NCBI GenBank assembly: GCA_028282295.1
Contig: JANQIE010000085.1
Coordinates: 11,909-75,908, forward strand
Direction of reading: 5' to 3'
From: Desulfobacterales bacterium
GTDB lineage: Bacteria; Desulfobacterota; Desulfobacteria; Desulfobacterales; JANQIE01
Length of the DNA: 64,000 nt
Shown here piece by piece: positions 63,199-64,000 of this stretch; positions within the stretch are counted from its first letter, which is position 1, and each line of letters begins with the position of its first letter. A program made the position numbers and the translations under genes. Under the pieces are notes generated by a model that ran no database searches, was not told where the DNA came from, and was given only the letters and a program-made list of their open reading frames with translations.

Positions 63199-63591
63199 AT
63201 GTCTCTGTTAAGTAGCATTCTCAAAGACGAACATGCAGGGTTGCTTAAGTTGCTGGGAGAACTTCAACGGATCGATCTCAGATCGCCGGAAGGTGGTGAA
63301 TTGCTGTTACTGACCAAAGTAATGCTTTTTGATCACTTGAAAAAAGAAGATAAATATCTTTATCCGGAACTACGCAAGTACGAACAGGGCGGGTTGCTGG
63401 CCAACAGTTATGCTTGCGAGATGACAGCCTTGACAAACATCGCCCGTGAGTTTTTTAAAAAGTATGATTGCGGCGGGGCGGGCATGAGCTTTTCCAAGGA
63501 TCTGGGCGAGTTCATCGGGGCGCTCAAAGAAAGAATCATCAAGGAAGATTGCGTCCTGCTGCCCAAATTTGATGAAATCACCGGCCAATAA
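63199..63591 (+). CDS. Hemerythrin-like (HHE) domain protein
   Basis: LKDEH, HLKKEDKYLYPEL, RIIKED..L.P. Confidence 0.75.
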   Translation: MSLLSSILKDEHAGLLKLLGELQRIDLRSPEGGELLLLTKVMLFDHLKKEDKYLYPELRKYEQGGLLANSYACEMTALTNIAREFFKKYDCGGAGMSFSKDLGEFIGALKERIIKEDCVLLPKFDEITGQ

Positions 63592-63653
63592 TTGCAGGGC
63601 GGTCAAAATCTATTTTTCGCGCGGCCCGGTATCAAACCAGGATCAACCCAGGG

Positions 63654-64000
63654 TCAAGCACGATGAAAAGCGTCGCGGATGTTTTGATGGGGTGGCGTTG
63701 TGGCGCGCACCGCATCAATGAGCCGGGCAACCTGTTTTAAATCTTTTCTTCCCGGCTTTGCTTCAACCCCGGAGCTGACATCGACCGCGTCCGGTTGGGC
63801 TTTTTGAATGGCCTGGGCGATATTGGCCGGATCCAGGCCACCGGCCAGGATGAGCGGTTGGGTGCGATCTACCGTCAGGGCTTCTTCCCAGTTCCAGGTC
63901 AGGGCATTGCCCCCCGGCAGTTCACCCTTGCCGCATTCCACAAGAAATGCAGATGCATGATAATCCGGCGCAGCGTTCAAGGCCGGCGCCCGTCCGGAAA
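63654..64000 (-). CDS. trpF: Phosphoribosylanthranilate isomerase (5' end outside window)
   Basis: PLILAGGLDPANI, AVDVSSGVEAKPGRKD. Confidence 0.9.
   Translation of the reverse strand, partial: SGRAPALNAAPDYHASAFLVECGKGELPGGNALTWNWEEALTVDRTQPLILAGGLDPANIAQAIQKAQPDAVDVSSGVEAKPGRKDLKQVARLIDAVRATTPPHQNIRDAFHRA

Overview
GC-rich bacterial chromosomal segment whose gene content points to a Desulfobacterota (Desulfobacterales-like) anaerobe; this assignment is inferred, not searched. Most of it is housekeeping: ilvD-ilvB-ilvN-ilvC, a complete futalosine (mqn) menaquinone cluster, dprA-topA, yajC-secD-secF-cpoB, rne/rng, leuS-lptE, rpsT, murJ-ftsB, coaBC, xerC-hslVU-argBDGH-lysA-dapF-folK-pgsA-tRNA-Gly/Cys, trpBA and trpF. 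Highlights: (1) an intact hgcAB mercury-methylation pair with a Cys-rich HgcA N-terminal extension, divergent from mqnE; (2) an Ile/Leu/Val leader-peptide attenuator upstream of ilvD that the ORF track missed; (3) a four-copy family of 97-165 bp nested-hairpin repeats with compensatory base changes and orientation bias; (4) a HutC/UTRA GntR regulator overlapping trpB, with a candidate operator; (5) an AT-rich orphan Tlde1/DUF2778-like gene with a membrane partner; (6) a family-4 UDG with several active-site substitutions. No CRISPR array, rRNA, transposase or prophage was seen. All calls come from motif recognition by eye.
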